A stretch of 64,000 nt of DNA from Myxococcota bacterium (GTDB lineage: Bacteria; Myxococcota; Myxococcia; Myxococcales; Myxococcaceae), in NCBI GenBank assembly GCA_049322255.1, contig JBMORE010000146.1, positions 1 through 64,000 on the forward strand, in the 5' to 3' direction. The notes under the pieces are model-generated. The model made no database searches, was not told where the DNA came from, and saw only the letters and a program-made list of their open reading frames with translations. Within the stretch, counting starts at the first letter, position 1. Every line of letters begins with the position of its first letter. The translations under genes and the position numbers were made by a program. Below are positions 44,938 to 54,413 of this stretch, in pieces.

Positions 44938-47052
44938 ATGTTCCTCGCGAAAGTGCGTTGGGTTGGGGCTTGGGTTCTTTTCGCCGCCGTCGGAGTGACC
45001 GCCTGCCGTTCGGCGCGCGCGCCGGCCAAGCTCCCGGGCGCTGGGAGCGGCGAGGCAGCGCTTCCCAAGGAAATCGTCCGCATTCAGGAGCTGGAAGACC
45101 GCCGCGCGCTCGCTGACGGCCAGCTGGTGCAGTGGGCGCTCACCGCCGAAGACCCGTTGGTGCGCGCCCGTGCACTCTTGGCGCTGGGGCGTCTTCAAGA
45201 GCCGTCGACTGCCGATACCCTGGTGCAAGCGCTGGCCGACCCTTCGCCGCTGCCGCGCTATGAGGCGGCGTTCGCCGTCGGCGTGCTCGGGCTGTCGTGG
45301 GCACCACTGCCCGAAGCGGTGAAGGCCAAGGTGACCGAGAAAGTACTCGAGGCGGAGGCGCGCGAGCAGGAATCGGCGGTTCGGCTGGCGCTCCTCGAGG
45401 CGCTGGGCCGGCTGGGGACGAAGGCCGCGGTGGAGCGGCTGGCCGATCGCCTCACCGCCCAGAGCGCCGAGCTGCGCGGCCGGGCGGCGCTTTCCTTGGG
45501 CATCGCAGCCAAACGCGATGCCGCGGTTCCTCCCCGGGCCATCAGCGCGGCGACGCTGCTCATCAAGAAAGAGGCCGCCCCCGCCGAGCGCTACGCAGGC
45601 GCCTACCTGTTGGCGCTGGCGAAGAAGCCGGCGGCGCGGCCGTTTCTTTTGCTGTGCACGCAGGACGAAGCGTCGGAGATCCGCGCGCTGTGCGCCAAGG
45701 GTCTGGCCGAGGTGGGGACCGACCCTGACGCCGCCACGCTCAAGAAGCTGCTCGACGACCCCGACTACCGGGTGGCGGTGGAGGCGACGCGGGCCTTGGC
45801 GAAGCTCGCCGTCCGTTGCAAGTCGAACGCCTGCCCAGCGATCGGCGCGCTGGGAGATTTGAGCTTTCGCGTCGAGCGCCTCGCCCGTGGCGATGTGGCT
45901 GGCGGAGGACAGCCGCTGCTCGCGCTCGCTCAAGAAGGCCTGCCGTCCTCGGGTCGAGCGGTGTTGGCTGCCTTGCGCGAGCAAATCGTGGCTTCCGAGC
46001 GCACGGTGAAAGACCCCACGCTGCGTGCCGATCTCGCCCACCTCGATTGCCGCTTCGCCGCTGCGCTCGATCGCCTGTCGGGAGCGCTCTCCGAGGTGCT
46101 TGTCTGTGGAGGTGGGCTCGTCCCCGAGCCGCGGCGGCTGGCGACGGGCTTACGCGAGCTGGCCAAGTCACCCGCGAAGGACCCCGCCCAGCGGGTACGG
46201 GACATCGGCTCGTATGTGCACCACGTCGAGCCCACGGTGAAGATTGCCGCGCTCGAGGCGCTGGGAGCGAGCAAGTCGGTCACCGCCGCCGAGCGGGTGC
46301 GCGCCCTCATCGCTCACCCCGATGAGGTGGTGGCGGCTGCCGCTGCGTCCGCTGCCGCGAAATTGGGTGACAGGGAGGCGGCCGGCGCCGTGCGTGCGTT
46401 GGCCAAGAAGGCCATGGTGAGCCCTGACATCGCGCCGGTGGTGGCCGAGGCGTTGGCCGAGCTTTCGGTGAAAGAGGCCGAGGAGGATGTGCGCCTGTGG
46501 CTGTCCTCCACCCACGCCGCCGTCCGCCACGCCGCCGCCGCCGCGCTCACCAAGCTTTCCGGGCAGACGGTTTACCCGCCGCACGTCGAGCGTCCGGTGG
46601 ATAAGGTGAAGCCGCCCCATTTGCCCCACAACGCCCAGCTGCACGTGAAGACCGAGAAGGGCGAACTCACCGTGACGCTGTACACCGCCGAAGCGCCGCT
46701 CACTTCCCTCAACATGTACACCCTGGCGAAGAAGGGGTTCTTCAAGAACCTCACCTTCCACCGGGTGGTGCCGGACTTCGTCGTTCAAGGCGGAGACCCC
46801 CGCGGCGACGGCGAGGGCGGCCCCGGCTACACCCTTCGCTGCGAGGTGAATCACAAGCCGTACACCCGCGGCGTGGTGGGCATGGCGCTTTCCGGCAAGG
46901 ACACCGGCGGCAGCCAGCTCTTCGTCACCACCTCACCTCAGCCCCACCTCGACGGGCGTTACACCGCCTTTGGCGAAGTCACCCAAGGGTTGGAGGTGGT
47001 CGATGCCCTGCTCGAGGGAGACAAGATTCTCGAAGTTCGAGCGACGCCCTAA
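44938..47052 (+). CDS. HEAT-repeat lipoprotein with C-terminal cyclophilin-type peptidyl-prolyl isomerase
   Basis: VTAC lipobox, HEAT repeats, FHRVVPDFVVQGGDP, DTGGSQ, PHLDGRYT. Confidence 0.92.
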   Translation: MFLAKVRWVGAWVLFAAVGVTACRSARAPAKLPGAGSGEAALPKEIVRIQELEDRRALADGQLVQWALTAEDPLVRARALLALGRLQEPSTADTLVQALADPSPLPRYEAAFAVGVLGLSWAPLPEAVKAKVTEKVLEAEAREQESAVRLALLEALGRLGTKAAVERLADRLTAQSAELRGRAALSLGIAAKRDAAVPPRAISAATLLIKKEAAPAERYAGAYLLALAKKPAARPFLLLCTQDEASEIRALCAKGLAEVGTDPDAATLKKLLDDPDYRVAVEATRALAKLAVRCKSNACPAIGALGDLSFRVERLARGDVAGGGQPLLALAQEGLPSSGRAVLAALREQIVASERTVKDPTLRADLAHLDCRFAAALDRLSGALSEVLVCGGGLVPEPRRLATGLRELAKSPAKDPAQRVRDIGSYVHHVEPTVKIAALEALGASKSVTAAERVRALIAHPDEVVAAAAASAAAKLGDREAAGAVRALAKKAMVSPDIAPVVAEALAELSVKEAEEDVRLWLSSTHAAVRHAAAAALTKLSGQTVYPPHVERPVDKVKPPHLPHNAQLHVKTEKGELTVTLYTAEAPLTSLNMYTLAKKGFFKNLTFHRVVPDFVVQGGDPRGDGEGGPGYTLRCEVNHKPYTRGVVGMALSGKDTGGSQLFVTTSPQPHLDGRYTAFGEVTQGLEVVDALLEGDKILEVRATP

Positions 47053-48170
47053 GAGCTCTTCGCCGCCACCAGCGCGGCTTTGCCCGGGCCCAAGAGGACG
47101 TTGCCGTTCCACCGCTTGAGCTCTTCGGCCTCCAGGCCCTCGACGGTGTTGCGGATCTTCGCCCACTCCTCGTCGGGAATCGTCAGATATGCCTCGACCA
47201 GCTCGGGGTCGAACTGGCTCCCCGCGCAGCGCTTGATCTCTTCCTTGGCGACCTCCAGCGGGCGTCCCTTTCGATACGGCCGATCACTGGTGATGGCATC
47301 CATCGTGTCGGCGATGGCGAACACCCGCGCCCCCACGACAATCGACTTGCCTTGGAGTCCCTGCGGGTAGCCGTGGCCGTCGAAGCGCTCCTGGTGCTGG
47401 TACACGATGAGCGAAGCCTCGTGCAGGTACGGCATCTTCGCCAGCATGCGGTAACCGATCTCAGGGTGCTGCCGCATCTCCACCCACTCCTCGGGAGTGA
47501 GCGGGCCTGGCTTCAAGAGTATCGAGTCGCGCACGCCGATCTTGCCGATGTCGTGCAACAGCGCGCCTTGCTCGATCACGTCCAGCTCGAGCCCGACGAC
47601 TCCCACCGCCTCGGCGATGCGCCGCGAGTAGAGCGCCACCCGCCGCGAGTGCCACTGGGTTTCGGTGTCGCGGTAGTCGAGCGCCGAGATCATTCCGTTC
47701 AAAAGACCGTTGGTGCGCTCCACCACCAGCCCCTCGAGGGTCAGGTTGATGGCAGTGAGCTCGGTGTTCTTGTTGGCCAGCTCGCGGGTCAGCCGGTCGT
47801 TTTCCTCCATCAGGTGGAACTGCTGTGCCGACTGACGTACGCAGGCGGTCAGCTCGGACATCGACCAAGGCTTGGAGAGAAGCCGGTACACCTCTCCCCG
47901 GTTCACCGCGTCGGAGGCCGTCTTGAAATCGGCCTCCGCGGTGAGCATCAGCCGCACCGCCCGCGGGTTGCTCTTCTTGAGCACGCCCAAAAGCTCGACG
48001 CCGTTCATGTGCGGCATCTTGAAGTCGGTGATGACCACCGCAAACCCCGTCTCCTGCGCCGCCTTGAGCGGGTCGTTGTAGCAGACCACCTCGTAGCCTT
48101 CGGCCTCGAGGATTCGCGACAAGGCCTGGAGAATCAGCGTGTCGTCATCCACCAAGAGGACGCGATCCAT
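47049..48170 (-). CDS. Response regulator with HD-GYP cyclic-dinucleotide phosphodiesterase domain
   Basis: REC (LLVDDD, TDFKMP), HSRRV, LHDIGK, HQERFDGHGYP, RPYRK. Confidence 0.93.
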   Translation of the reverse strand: MDRVLLVDDDTLILQALSRILEAEGYEVVCYNDPLKAAQETGFAVVITDFKMPHMNGVELLGVLKKSNPRAVRLMLTAEADFKTASDAVNRGEVYRLLSKPWSMSELTACVRQSAQQFHLMEENDRLTRELANKNTELTAINLTLEGLVVERTNGLLNGMISALDYRDTETQWHSRRVALYSRRIAEAVGVVGLELDVIEQGALLHDIGKIGVRDSILLKPGPLTPEEWVEMRQHPEIGYRMLAKMPYLHEASLIVYQHQERFDGHGYPQGLQGKSIVVGARVFAIADTMDAITSDRPYRKGRPLEVAKEEIKRCAGSQFDPELVEAYLTIPDEEWAKIRNTVEGLEAEELKRWNGNVLLGPGKAALVAAKSS

Positions 48171-48369
48171 CGTCGAGCTTCTCCTTGCGTGCTACTTGGA
48201 CGTCGTACGAGGGGACGTAAGGTTCTCACAGCCCGACTGGAAAGCGAACAGCCTCGTAAAAATATGAACGAATATGAAGGGTTGGGGAACGAATTCGGAG
48301 TGGACTCACAGCGAATGCTTGCTTGCCCGTTGGGCGTCGCGTATTGTGCGCACGGCGTTTACACTGTCA

Positions 48370-48382
48370 TAACTCCTTGATT
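48370..48382 (-). promoter_or_regulatory. Candidate IHF site
   Basis: Minus strand AATCAAGGAGTTA matches WATCAA-N4-TTR in an AT-rich divergent intergenic region. Confidence 0.4.
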
Positions 48383-48396
48383 TTACGGAGCTGCGG

Positions 48397-49398
48397 ATGG
48401 GAAGAGCCCCCGCAGGGCCAGTGCCTGTCGTGGTGATGGGGCTGGGATTCATCGGGCAGCAGATCGTCAAGGCCGCGGGGGCTTCGCCGGAGCTTCGACT
48501 GGTGGGCGCGGTCGATACCAACCCGGCGCTGGTGGGAAAAAAGCTCGGCGACCTGGTGGGGGACCCTTCACTGCAGATGAAAGTCTCGCCCAAGCTCGAG
48601 GCGGCGGTGGGGCGCCACGCCGGCGCGGTGCTCCTCCACGCCACCGGGTCGCGCTTGCCGGCGGTGATGGAGCAGCTGCTCGAAGCGATTGGGCGCGGGC
48701 TGGCGGTGGTGTCCACCTGCGAAGAGCTGGCCTTTCCCTACTTCAAGCACGCGCCCTTGGCGGAGAAACTCGACAAGGCGGCGCAGCGCGCAGGCGTCTC
48801 GGTGCTGGGCGCGGGGGTGAACCCCGGCTTCGTGCTCGATCGGCTGGTGGCGACCGCGGCCCAGGTTTGCGGCGAAGTGCGTCACGTCTTGGCCCAGCGG
48901 GTGGTCGACGCGCGCACGCGCCGCCCCGCCTTGCAGCGCAAGATAGGCGCCGGGCTCTCCGAGGAGGAGTTCGACGAGCTGTCCGAAAAAGAGCTCATCG
49001 GTCATGTCGGGCTGGTCGAGTCGGCAGCGCTGTGCGCGCTGGGAGTAGGGCTGGACTGCGACGATTTCGAGGAGGAGCTGTCCGCGGTCATCGCCGAGGA
49101 GGACATCGAGGGCGCGGCCTTTCCGGTGCGTAAGGGTCGGGTCGCGGGCATCAGCCAGACGGCGGTGGGCCTCTCCGAGGGGCAAGAGCGGGTGCGGCTC
49201 GAGCTCACCATCGCCGTGGGCGCAAAGGACGTCGGAGATCGCCTGGTCATCGAAGCCGACCCCAGGGTGGAGCTGACGGTCAAAGGTGGTGTCGCGGGAG
49301 ACCGCGCCACCGCCAACGTGCTGATCAACGCAGCGCCGCGGGTGGCCGTGGCCGAGCCCGGTCTTTTGACCGTGCTCGAGCTGCCTGCCGGCAGATAG
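48397..49398 (+). CDS. NAD(P)-dependent oxidoreductase, dihydrodipicolinate-reductase-like / 2,4-diaminopentanoate dehydrogenase family
   Basis: GLGFIG Rossmann motif, STCEEL, GVNPGF, GDRATA. Confidence 0.8.
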   Translation: MGRAPAGPVPVVVMGLGFIGQQIVKAAGASPELRLVGAVDTNPALVGKKLGDLVGDPSLQMKVSPKLEAAVGRHAGAVLLHATGSRLPAVMEQLLEAIGRGLAVVSTCEELAFPYFKHAPLAEKLDKAAQRAGVSVLGAGVNPGFVLDRLVATAAQVCGEVRHVLAQRVVDARTRRPALQRKIGAGLSEEEFDELSEKELIGHVGLVESAALCALGVGLDCDDFEEELSAVIAEEDIEGAAFPVRKGRVAGISQTAVGLSEGQERVRLELTIAVGAKDVGDRLVIEADPRVELTVKGGVAGDRATANVLINAAPRVAVAEPGLLTVLELPAGR

Positions 49399-49407
49399 GA
49401 AAGAACC

Positions 49408-49857
49408 ATGCTCGACAAAAAAGCCATCGGTCGTTCGTCGCCCCCCACCCTCAACGAGGTGGAGCGAGGCGCCATCCGGCGGTTCGCCGAGGCGCTGGGC
49501 GACTTCAACCCGGTGCACTACGACGAAGAGTACGCGCGCGCGAGCGGCTACCCCACCATCGTGGCGCCCCCCACCTTCCCGGCGTCGTTTCACTCGGCGG
49601 CCGACTTACGCGAGCTGCTCGGGGTGAGCATCAAGAGCTTGCTCCACGCCGAGCAGGCCTTCGAGTACGAGCGGCCGATCTTCGCTGGCGACCGCATCTA
49701 CGTCGCCACCAAGGTGTCCGAGGTGTTCGAACGGCCGGGGCCGGCAGGAAAGATGGACGTGGCGGTGATCGAGGACGAGGGGCGCGACGAAGAGGGCCGG
49801 CTGGTCTTCCGCGCCCGGCGCACCCTGGTGGTCCGCGCGAGCAAGGAGATGGTTTGA
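49408..49857 (+). CDS. MaoC-family dehydratase, N-terminal-type subunit
   Basis: IRRFAEALGD.NPVHYD, APPTF, LLHAEQ. Confidence 0.88.
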   Translation: MLDKKAIGRSSPPTLNEVERGAIRRFAEALGDFNPVHYDEEYARASGYPTIVAPPTFPASFHSAADLRELLGVSIKSLLHAEQAFEYERPIFAGDRIYVATKVSEVFERPGPAGKMDVAVIEDEGRDEEGRLVFRARRTLVVRASKEMV

Positions 49858-50558
49858 TGGCAGCGCGCAAGCTCTACTTCGAGTCGGTGCGGGTGGGTGA
49901 CGAGCTGCCCGCGATGGCGAAAACACCCATCGATCGGGTGCAGCTGGCGCGCTACGCCGGCGCCTCGGGCGACTTCAACCCGGTGCACGTCGACGAGACC
50001 TACGCGCGCGGCGTGGGAATGCCGTCGGTCTACGCCCCGGGCATGCTCATCATGGGTTTTTTGGGCCAGCTGTTGGCCGACTGGGCCCGCGGCGCCCAGC
50101 TGCGCAAGTACAACGTGAAGTTCATCAAGATGGTCTGGCCCGGTGACACCGTAGTCTGCAAGGGCCGGGTGACCGATCGCTTCGGCGAGGGTGGGCGCTA
50201 CTTCGTCGACATCGACCTGTGGGCGGAGAACCAAAAGGGCGAGCTGGTGCTGCGCGGTCAGGCGCAGATCCAGCTCTTCTACTCGCTCGAAGACGAGAAC
50301 CGGCAGCGCGCCGGACAAGCGCCCATCGTGGTGAACGTGCCGCGCGAGAACCTGGTCGCGCAGGCCGCTTCCGCCGCCGAGGTGACACTTGCCGCGGGGG
50401 AGAGAAAGGCAGGCAAGGTCGCCTCGGGCGCCAAGAAGGCTCCGGCGAAGAAGTCGGCCAAGAAAGCCACGGCCCAAAGGTCTGCCAAGAAGCCGGCGAA
50501 GAAGCCGGTCAAAAAGGCAGCACCCAAGCCCGCCAAGAAGGCGAAGAAGAAGAGGTAG
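49857..50558 (+). CDS. MaoC-family dehydratase with Lys/Ala/Pro-rich histone-like tail
   Basis: YAGASGDFNPVHVD; tail AKKAPAKKSAKK...KPAKKAKKKR. Confidence 0.88.
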   Translation: MAARKLYFESVRVGDELPAMAKTPIDRVQLARYAGASGDFNPVHVDETYARGVGMPSVYAPGMLIMGFLGQLLADWARGAQLRKYNVKFIKMVWPGDTVVCKGRVTDRFGEGGRYFVDIDLWAENQKGELVLRGQAQIQLFYSLEDENRQRAGQAPIVVNVPRENLVAQAASAAEVTLAAGERKAGKVASGAKKAPAKKSAKKATAQRSAKKPAKKPVKKAAPKPAKKAKKKR

Positions 50559-50646
50559 CGTCCCTGCCGCGGCGCGTTATTGGGCGTTGACTCTTCGACA
50601 GTGGCGCGAGAAGTTCGGCGCGCCTTTTGGGCGAGGAGAAGTGTAA

Positions 50647-52479
50647 ATGTCCGCCGGCATCAACCGCTACAAGACCGATCTTCGCGAAATGTCGTTCGTG
50701 CTGTTCGAGCAGTTTCCCTACGGGGAGCTGGTGAGCAAGGCACCCTTCGACGACTGGAGCCCGGACACGGCCAAGGCGGTGATGGAGGAGACCTACCGCT
50801 TTGCCCGCGAGGTGTTGGGGCCGTTGAACTCGAGCGCGGACCGCGAAGGCTGCCGGCTGGAGAAGGGCCAGGTGTACACGCCCAAGGGTTTCCAAGACGC
50901 GTGGAAGCGGCTGTACGAGTCGGGCTTCAAGACCCTTTCGGTGCCGGTGGAGGAGGGCGGGCAGGGCGCGCCCTACATGCTATCGGCGCTGGTGGAGGAG
51001 ATGCTCTCGGGCGCGAACACCGCGTTCAACATGTACCCGGCGCTGGCGTTCGGGGCGGCGGAGCTGCTCTTTGAGTGCGGTACCCCCGAGCAGAAGAAGA
51101 AGTACGCGGCGAAGATGCTCGACGGCACCTGGGGCGGCACCATGTGCCTCACCGAGCCGCAGGCAGGCTCCGACGTGGGCGCGGCCAAGTCGACGGCGAA
51201 GAAGCTGCCCGACGGCACCTACGCGGTGCGCGGCACCAAGATTTTCATCTCCGGCGGCGACCACGACTTGGCCGAGAACATCATTCATCTGGTGCTGGCG
51301 CGGGTGGAGGGGGCGCCGCTGGGCACCAAGGGCCTGTCCTTGCTCATCGTGCCCAAGCGCAAGGTGGGCGCCGACGGCCGAAGCGGCGCTCCCAACGATG
51401 TCTCGGTGGCGTCCATCGAGCACAAGATGGGCATCAACGGCTCGTCGACCTGCGTGCTCAACTTCGGAGACAACGACGCATGCGTGGGGGAGCTGGTGGG
51501 CAGCGTCGAGCACGTGGGCATGAGCCAGATGTTCAAGATGATGAACTCCGCGCGCATCGCGGTGGGCCTGCAAGGCCTCTCGGTGGCGGCGAGCGCGTAC
51601 CACAATGCCCTGGACTACGCGAAAGAGCGCAAGCAGGGGGCGCACTTCACCAAGTGGAAGGACCCCAACGCCCCACGGGTGTCGATCATCGAGCACCCCG
51701 ACGTGCGCCGCATGCTCTTGGAGTGCAAGGCGATCACCGAGGGGATTCGCGCCTTGGTGATGAAGCTCGCTTACCACGTCGACGCCGGCAGGCAGTGCGC
51801 GGGGGCCGACGACGAGAAGGCCGCCTACCACCGCGGACAGGTCGAGCTGCTCACCCCCCTGGTGAAGGCCCACTCCTCCGAGGAGGCGTTCCGCCTCTGC
51901 GCGCTCGCGCTTCAAGTCTACGGGGGGGCCGGCTTCCTCAAGGACCACCCGGTGGAGCAGTACACGCGCGACGCGAAAATTTTTTCCATCTACGAGGGCA
52001 CCACCCACATTCAGGCGATGGACCTGGTGGGGCGCAAGCTCGGCCAGGCAGGGGGGACACACTTCCAGCAATTCCTCGCCGACGTCAGCGCCTTCGTGGA
52101 GGCCCACCGCAACCACCTTGTCTTCGGCCGCGAGGTGGAGACCTTGGGCACCGCGCAGGAAGCGGTGATGCAGAGCGCGATGGGCTTTCTTGGCTGGTCG
52201 CAGTCGGAAAAGGTCCACCTCATTCCGCTCAACGCCAACCGCTTCTTGTCGATGATGTCGCAGCTTGCGGTGGGGTGGCTTCTGCTCGATGCCGGGGTGA
52301 AGGCGGAAAAGGCCCTGCCCAAAGCGAGCGGCCCGGACAAGGCGTTCTACGAGGGCAAGCGTCACTCGGCGCTGTGGTACGCGCGCAACGTGCTACCGCA
52401 GGCGGAGAGCCAGGCGAAGATGATCGCCCTCGAAGATGCGTCGGCCGCCGAGTTGGCCGAGGCAGGGTTCGCCAGCTAA
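50647..52479 (+). CDS. Acyl-CoA dehydrogenase
   Basis: GTMCLTEPQAGSD, GTKIFIS, EHKMGI, QVYGGAG, IYEGT. Confidence 0.95.
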   Translation: MSAGINRYKTDLREMSFVLFEQFPYGELVSKAPFDDWSPDTAKAVMEETYRFAREVLGPLNSSADREGCRLEKGQVYTPKGFQDAWKRLYESGFKTLSVPVEEGGQGAPYMLSALVEEMLSGANTAFNMYPALAFGAAELLFECGTPEQKKKYAAKMLDGTWGGTMCLTEPQAGSDVGAAKSTAKKLPDGTYAVRGTKIFISGGDHDLAENIIHLVLARVEGAPLGTKGLSLLIVPKRKVGADGRSGAPNDVSVASIEHKMGINGSSTCVLNFGDNDACVGELVGSVEHVGMSQMFKMMNSARIAVGLQGLSVAASAYHNALDYAKERKQGAHFTKWKDPNAPRVSIIEHPDVRRMLLECKAITEGIRALVMKLAYHVDAGRQCAGADDEKAAYHRGQVELLTPLVKAHSSEEAFRLCALALQVYGGAGFLKDHPVEQYTRDAKIFSIYEGTTHIQAMDLVGRKLGQAGGTHFQQFLADVSAFVEAHRNHLVFGREVETLGTAQEAVMQSAMGFLGWSQSEKVHLIPLNANRFLSMMSQLAVGWLLLDAGVKAEKALPKASGPDKAFYEGKRHSALWYARNVLPQAESQAKMIALEDASAAELAEAGFAS

Positions 52480-53801
52480 AGCGTCCGTCCGTGCTGCCGG
52501 CGCGCCCGCCGCAAGAGCAGCCAGCCGACGACCGCGAGGTCGAGCAAGGCGGCCGTCGCGCCGGTGGTGCTGCAACCATGAGGAGGTTCCCCGGATGGCG
52601 GCGCAGACCCGCCCGGAGGTGGATTCGGCGCCCCGGGAGCGCCCTGCGGCGGATTCTCCGCAACGCCCGCGTCGGTCGCCGGGGAAGGTGGGTTGCTCCC
52701 CGCGTCGGCAGCCGGGGGAGGCGGGTTGCTCCCTGCATCGGCGGACGGGGGAGGGTTGGTTCCGCCTCCGCTGGGGACGCAGCCGCTCTTGACCTGGAAT
52801 CGGTCGACCAGAATCCACTGGTACCAGGTGTAGCCGTCGTAAGTGTAGGCCTTGTTGACGATGCGCAATGTGTGCGAGCCGTTCGCCAGCCCCGCCACCG
52901 AGTAGACCTCCTGCGAGGGCCCGGTCCAGGTGAAGTTGTGCAGGTCCACCGTCGCCACGTGCGCGCCGTCCAGGTAGACGTCCGCGGCGCCCAAGCCGGA
53001 GGACGGAATCCCCGTGCCGTTGGAGAACCAGCTCACCCCTTCGCCCGAGAAGGTGAAGGTGACCGCGCCGCCGGTGGGGGAGGTCTGCCCGTTGGCGCGC
53101 GCAAAGCCACCAGAGTACTGCGAGCCGCCCTGACCCTGGCTCCACACGTCCCAACGATTGGAGTAGGAGATTCCCGCGGCGCCCTCTTCCACGTCCACCG
53201 AGCCGCTGCAAGTAAAGTTGCCGCCCGAGCCCGCATCGGACGCGCCGCCTCCCGACGAGCCCGCGTCCACGGCTCCACCGGGCGTCCCCGCGTCGGTGGC
53301 GGCTGCACAACCGCTGGTGACCTCGAACCGATCGATCAGAATCCACTGGTACCAAGAGTAGCCGTCGTAGGTGTAGGGCTTGTTGACGATCCGCAGCGTG
53401 TGCTGGCCGCTGGGAAGACCGGACACGGAGTAGACCGCCTGCGAGGGCCCGGTCCAGGTGAAGTTGTGCAGGTCCACCGTGGCCACGTGGGCGCCGTCCA
53501 AGTAAACGTCGGCGCTTCCCAACCCGTTCGCCGGAATGCCGGTGCCGTTGGAGAACCAGCTGACTCCGTCACCGGTGAAGGTGAAATTGGCAGAACCTCC
53601 GTAACCCTGCCCGTTGGCGCCGGCGTAGCCTCCCGAGTACTGAGAGCCGCCCTGTCCCTGGCTCCACAGCTGCCACCCGTAGCTGTAGGTCGCCGAGGTC
53701 TCTTGGTGGACCGTCGTCGAGCAAGCGGCGTGGGCGCGCTCCGCGAACGTCAACCCAACCGCAACCACCGTGGAGATCACCAACGAGCCCCGAAAGATCA
53801 T
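52476..53801 (-). CDS. Secreted protein with two tandem carbohydrate-binding-like beta-sandwich modules and a MYXO-CTERM-like tail
   Basis: Signal peptide; two ~120-aa near-identical modules (FTFxG.GV...ADVYLDG...HTLRIV...DRF); tail GCSTTG...LLLRRARR. Confidence 0.8.
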   Translation of the reverse strand: MIFRGSLVISTVVAVGLTFAERAHAACSTTVHQETSATYSYGWQLWSQGQGGSQYSGGYAGANGQGYGGSANFTFTGDGVSWFSNGTGIPANGLGSADVYLDGAHVATVDLHNFTWTGPSQAVYSVSGLPSGQHTLRIVNKPYTYDGYSWYQWILIDRFEVTSGCAAATDAGTPGGAVDAGSSGGGASDAGSGGNFTCSGSVDVEEGAAGISYSNRWDVWSQGQGGSQYSGGFARANGQTSPTGGAVTFTFSGEGVSWFSNGTGIPSSGLGAADVYLDGAHVATVDLHNFTWTGPSQEVYSVAGLANGSHTLRIVNKAYTYDGYTWYQWILVDRFQVKSGCVPSGGGTNPPPSADAGSNPPPPAADAGSNPPSPATDAGVAENPPQGAPGAPNPPPGGSAPPSGEPPHGCSTTGATAALLDLAVVGWLLLRRARRQHGRTL

Positions 53802-53949
53802 GGCCGCCTCCTCGAAAGTGAACGCGCGAAGGGTAACACGAGCCGACGAGTGAAAAAAAAGGCGTGCACGGGAGGAAAGGAGCGATGTTCGCTCTCAAAG
53901 ACTCACCGTCGCGCACCTTTGCCAACAGCGCCCTACGTGATGCCAAGAC

Positions 53950-54408
53950 TCACTGGGGCGCATCGCGCACGCCGATCGCCAGCTGAGCCAAGCCGGCGGC
54001 TTTGGCCAGCTCCATCACCTCGACGACCTTCCCGTGGGCGACGCCTTCGTCGGCCTGCACGATGACCAAGGTCTCGGGGCGCATCGCCTTCGCTTCCTCG
54101 AAGGCCTTTTTCAGCTCCTCGGCGCTCACCACGTTCCCAGCGAGTACCAAGCGGCCGTCGGCGAGCACCGCCACCGACAGGTCGGACTCGGTGGGGCGCA
54201 CGTCGGAGGCGGTGCCCCCCTTGGGCAGATTCACCTTGAGGCCGCCTTGCGCGCCGGCGCCGCCCGCGCGCTGAACGATGACCGAGCTGGTGACCATGAA
54301 GATGACGAGCAGCACCAGGAAGATGTCGGTGAGGGGGGTGATGTTGATCTCGGCGAAGACGCCGTCAGAGGTCGGGTCTTCCTCGCCGGGGACTTTTCCC
54401 ATCGCCAT
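53950..54408 (-). CDS. exbD: Biopolymer transporter ExbD/TolR
   Basis: EINITPLTDIFLVLLVIFMV, VNLP, ADEGVAHGKVVEVM. Confidence 0.88.
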   Translation of the reverse strand: MAMGKVPGEEDPTSDGVFAEINITPLTDIFLVLLVIFMVTSSVIVQRAGGAGAQGGLKVNLPKGGTASDVRPTESDLSVAVLADGRLVLAGNVVSAEELKKAFEEAKAMRPETLVIVQADEGVAHGKVVEVMELAKAAGLAQLAIGVRDAPQ

Positions 54409-54413
54409 GGGCT

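Noticed and set aside
51075..54065. 996-aa ORF and other long alternative-frame ORFs (e.g. 2082..3839, 34377..36086, 55837..57582, 61777..63912)
   Set aside because: Arg/Gly/Ala-rich shadow ORFs overlapping well-supported genes; expected in high-GC DNA and lacking motifs.
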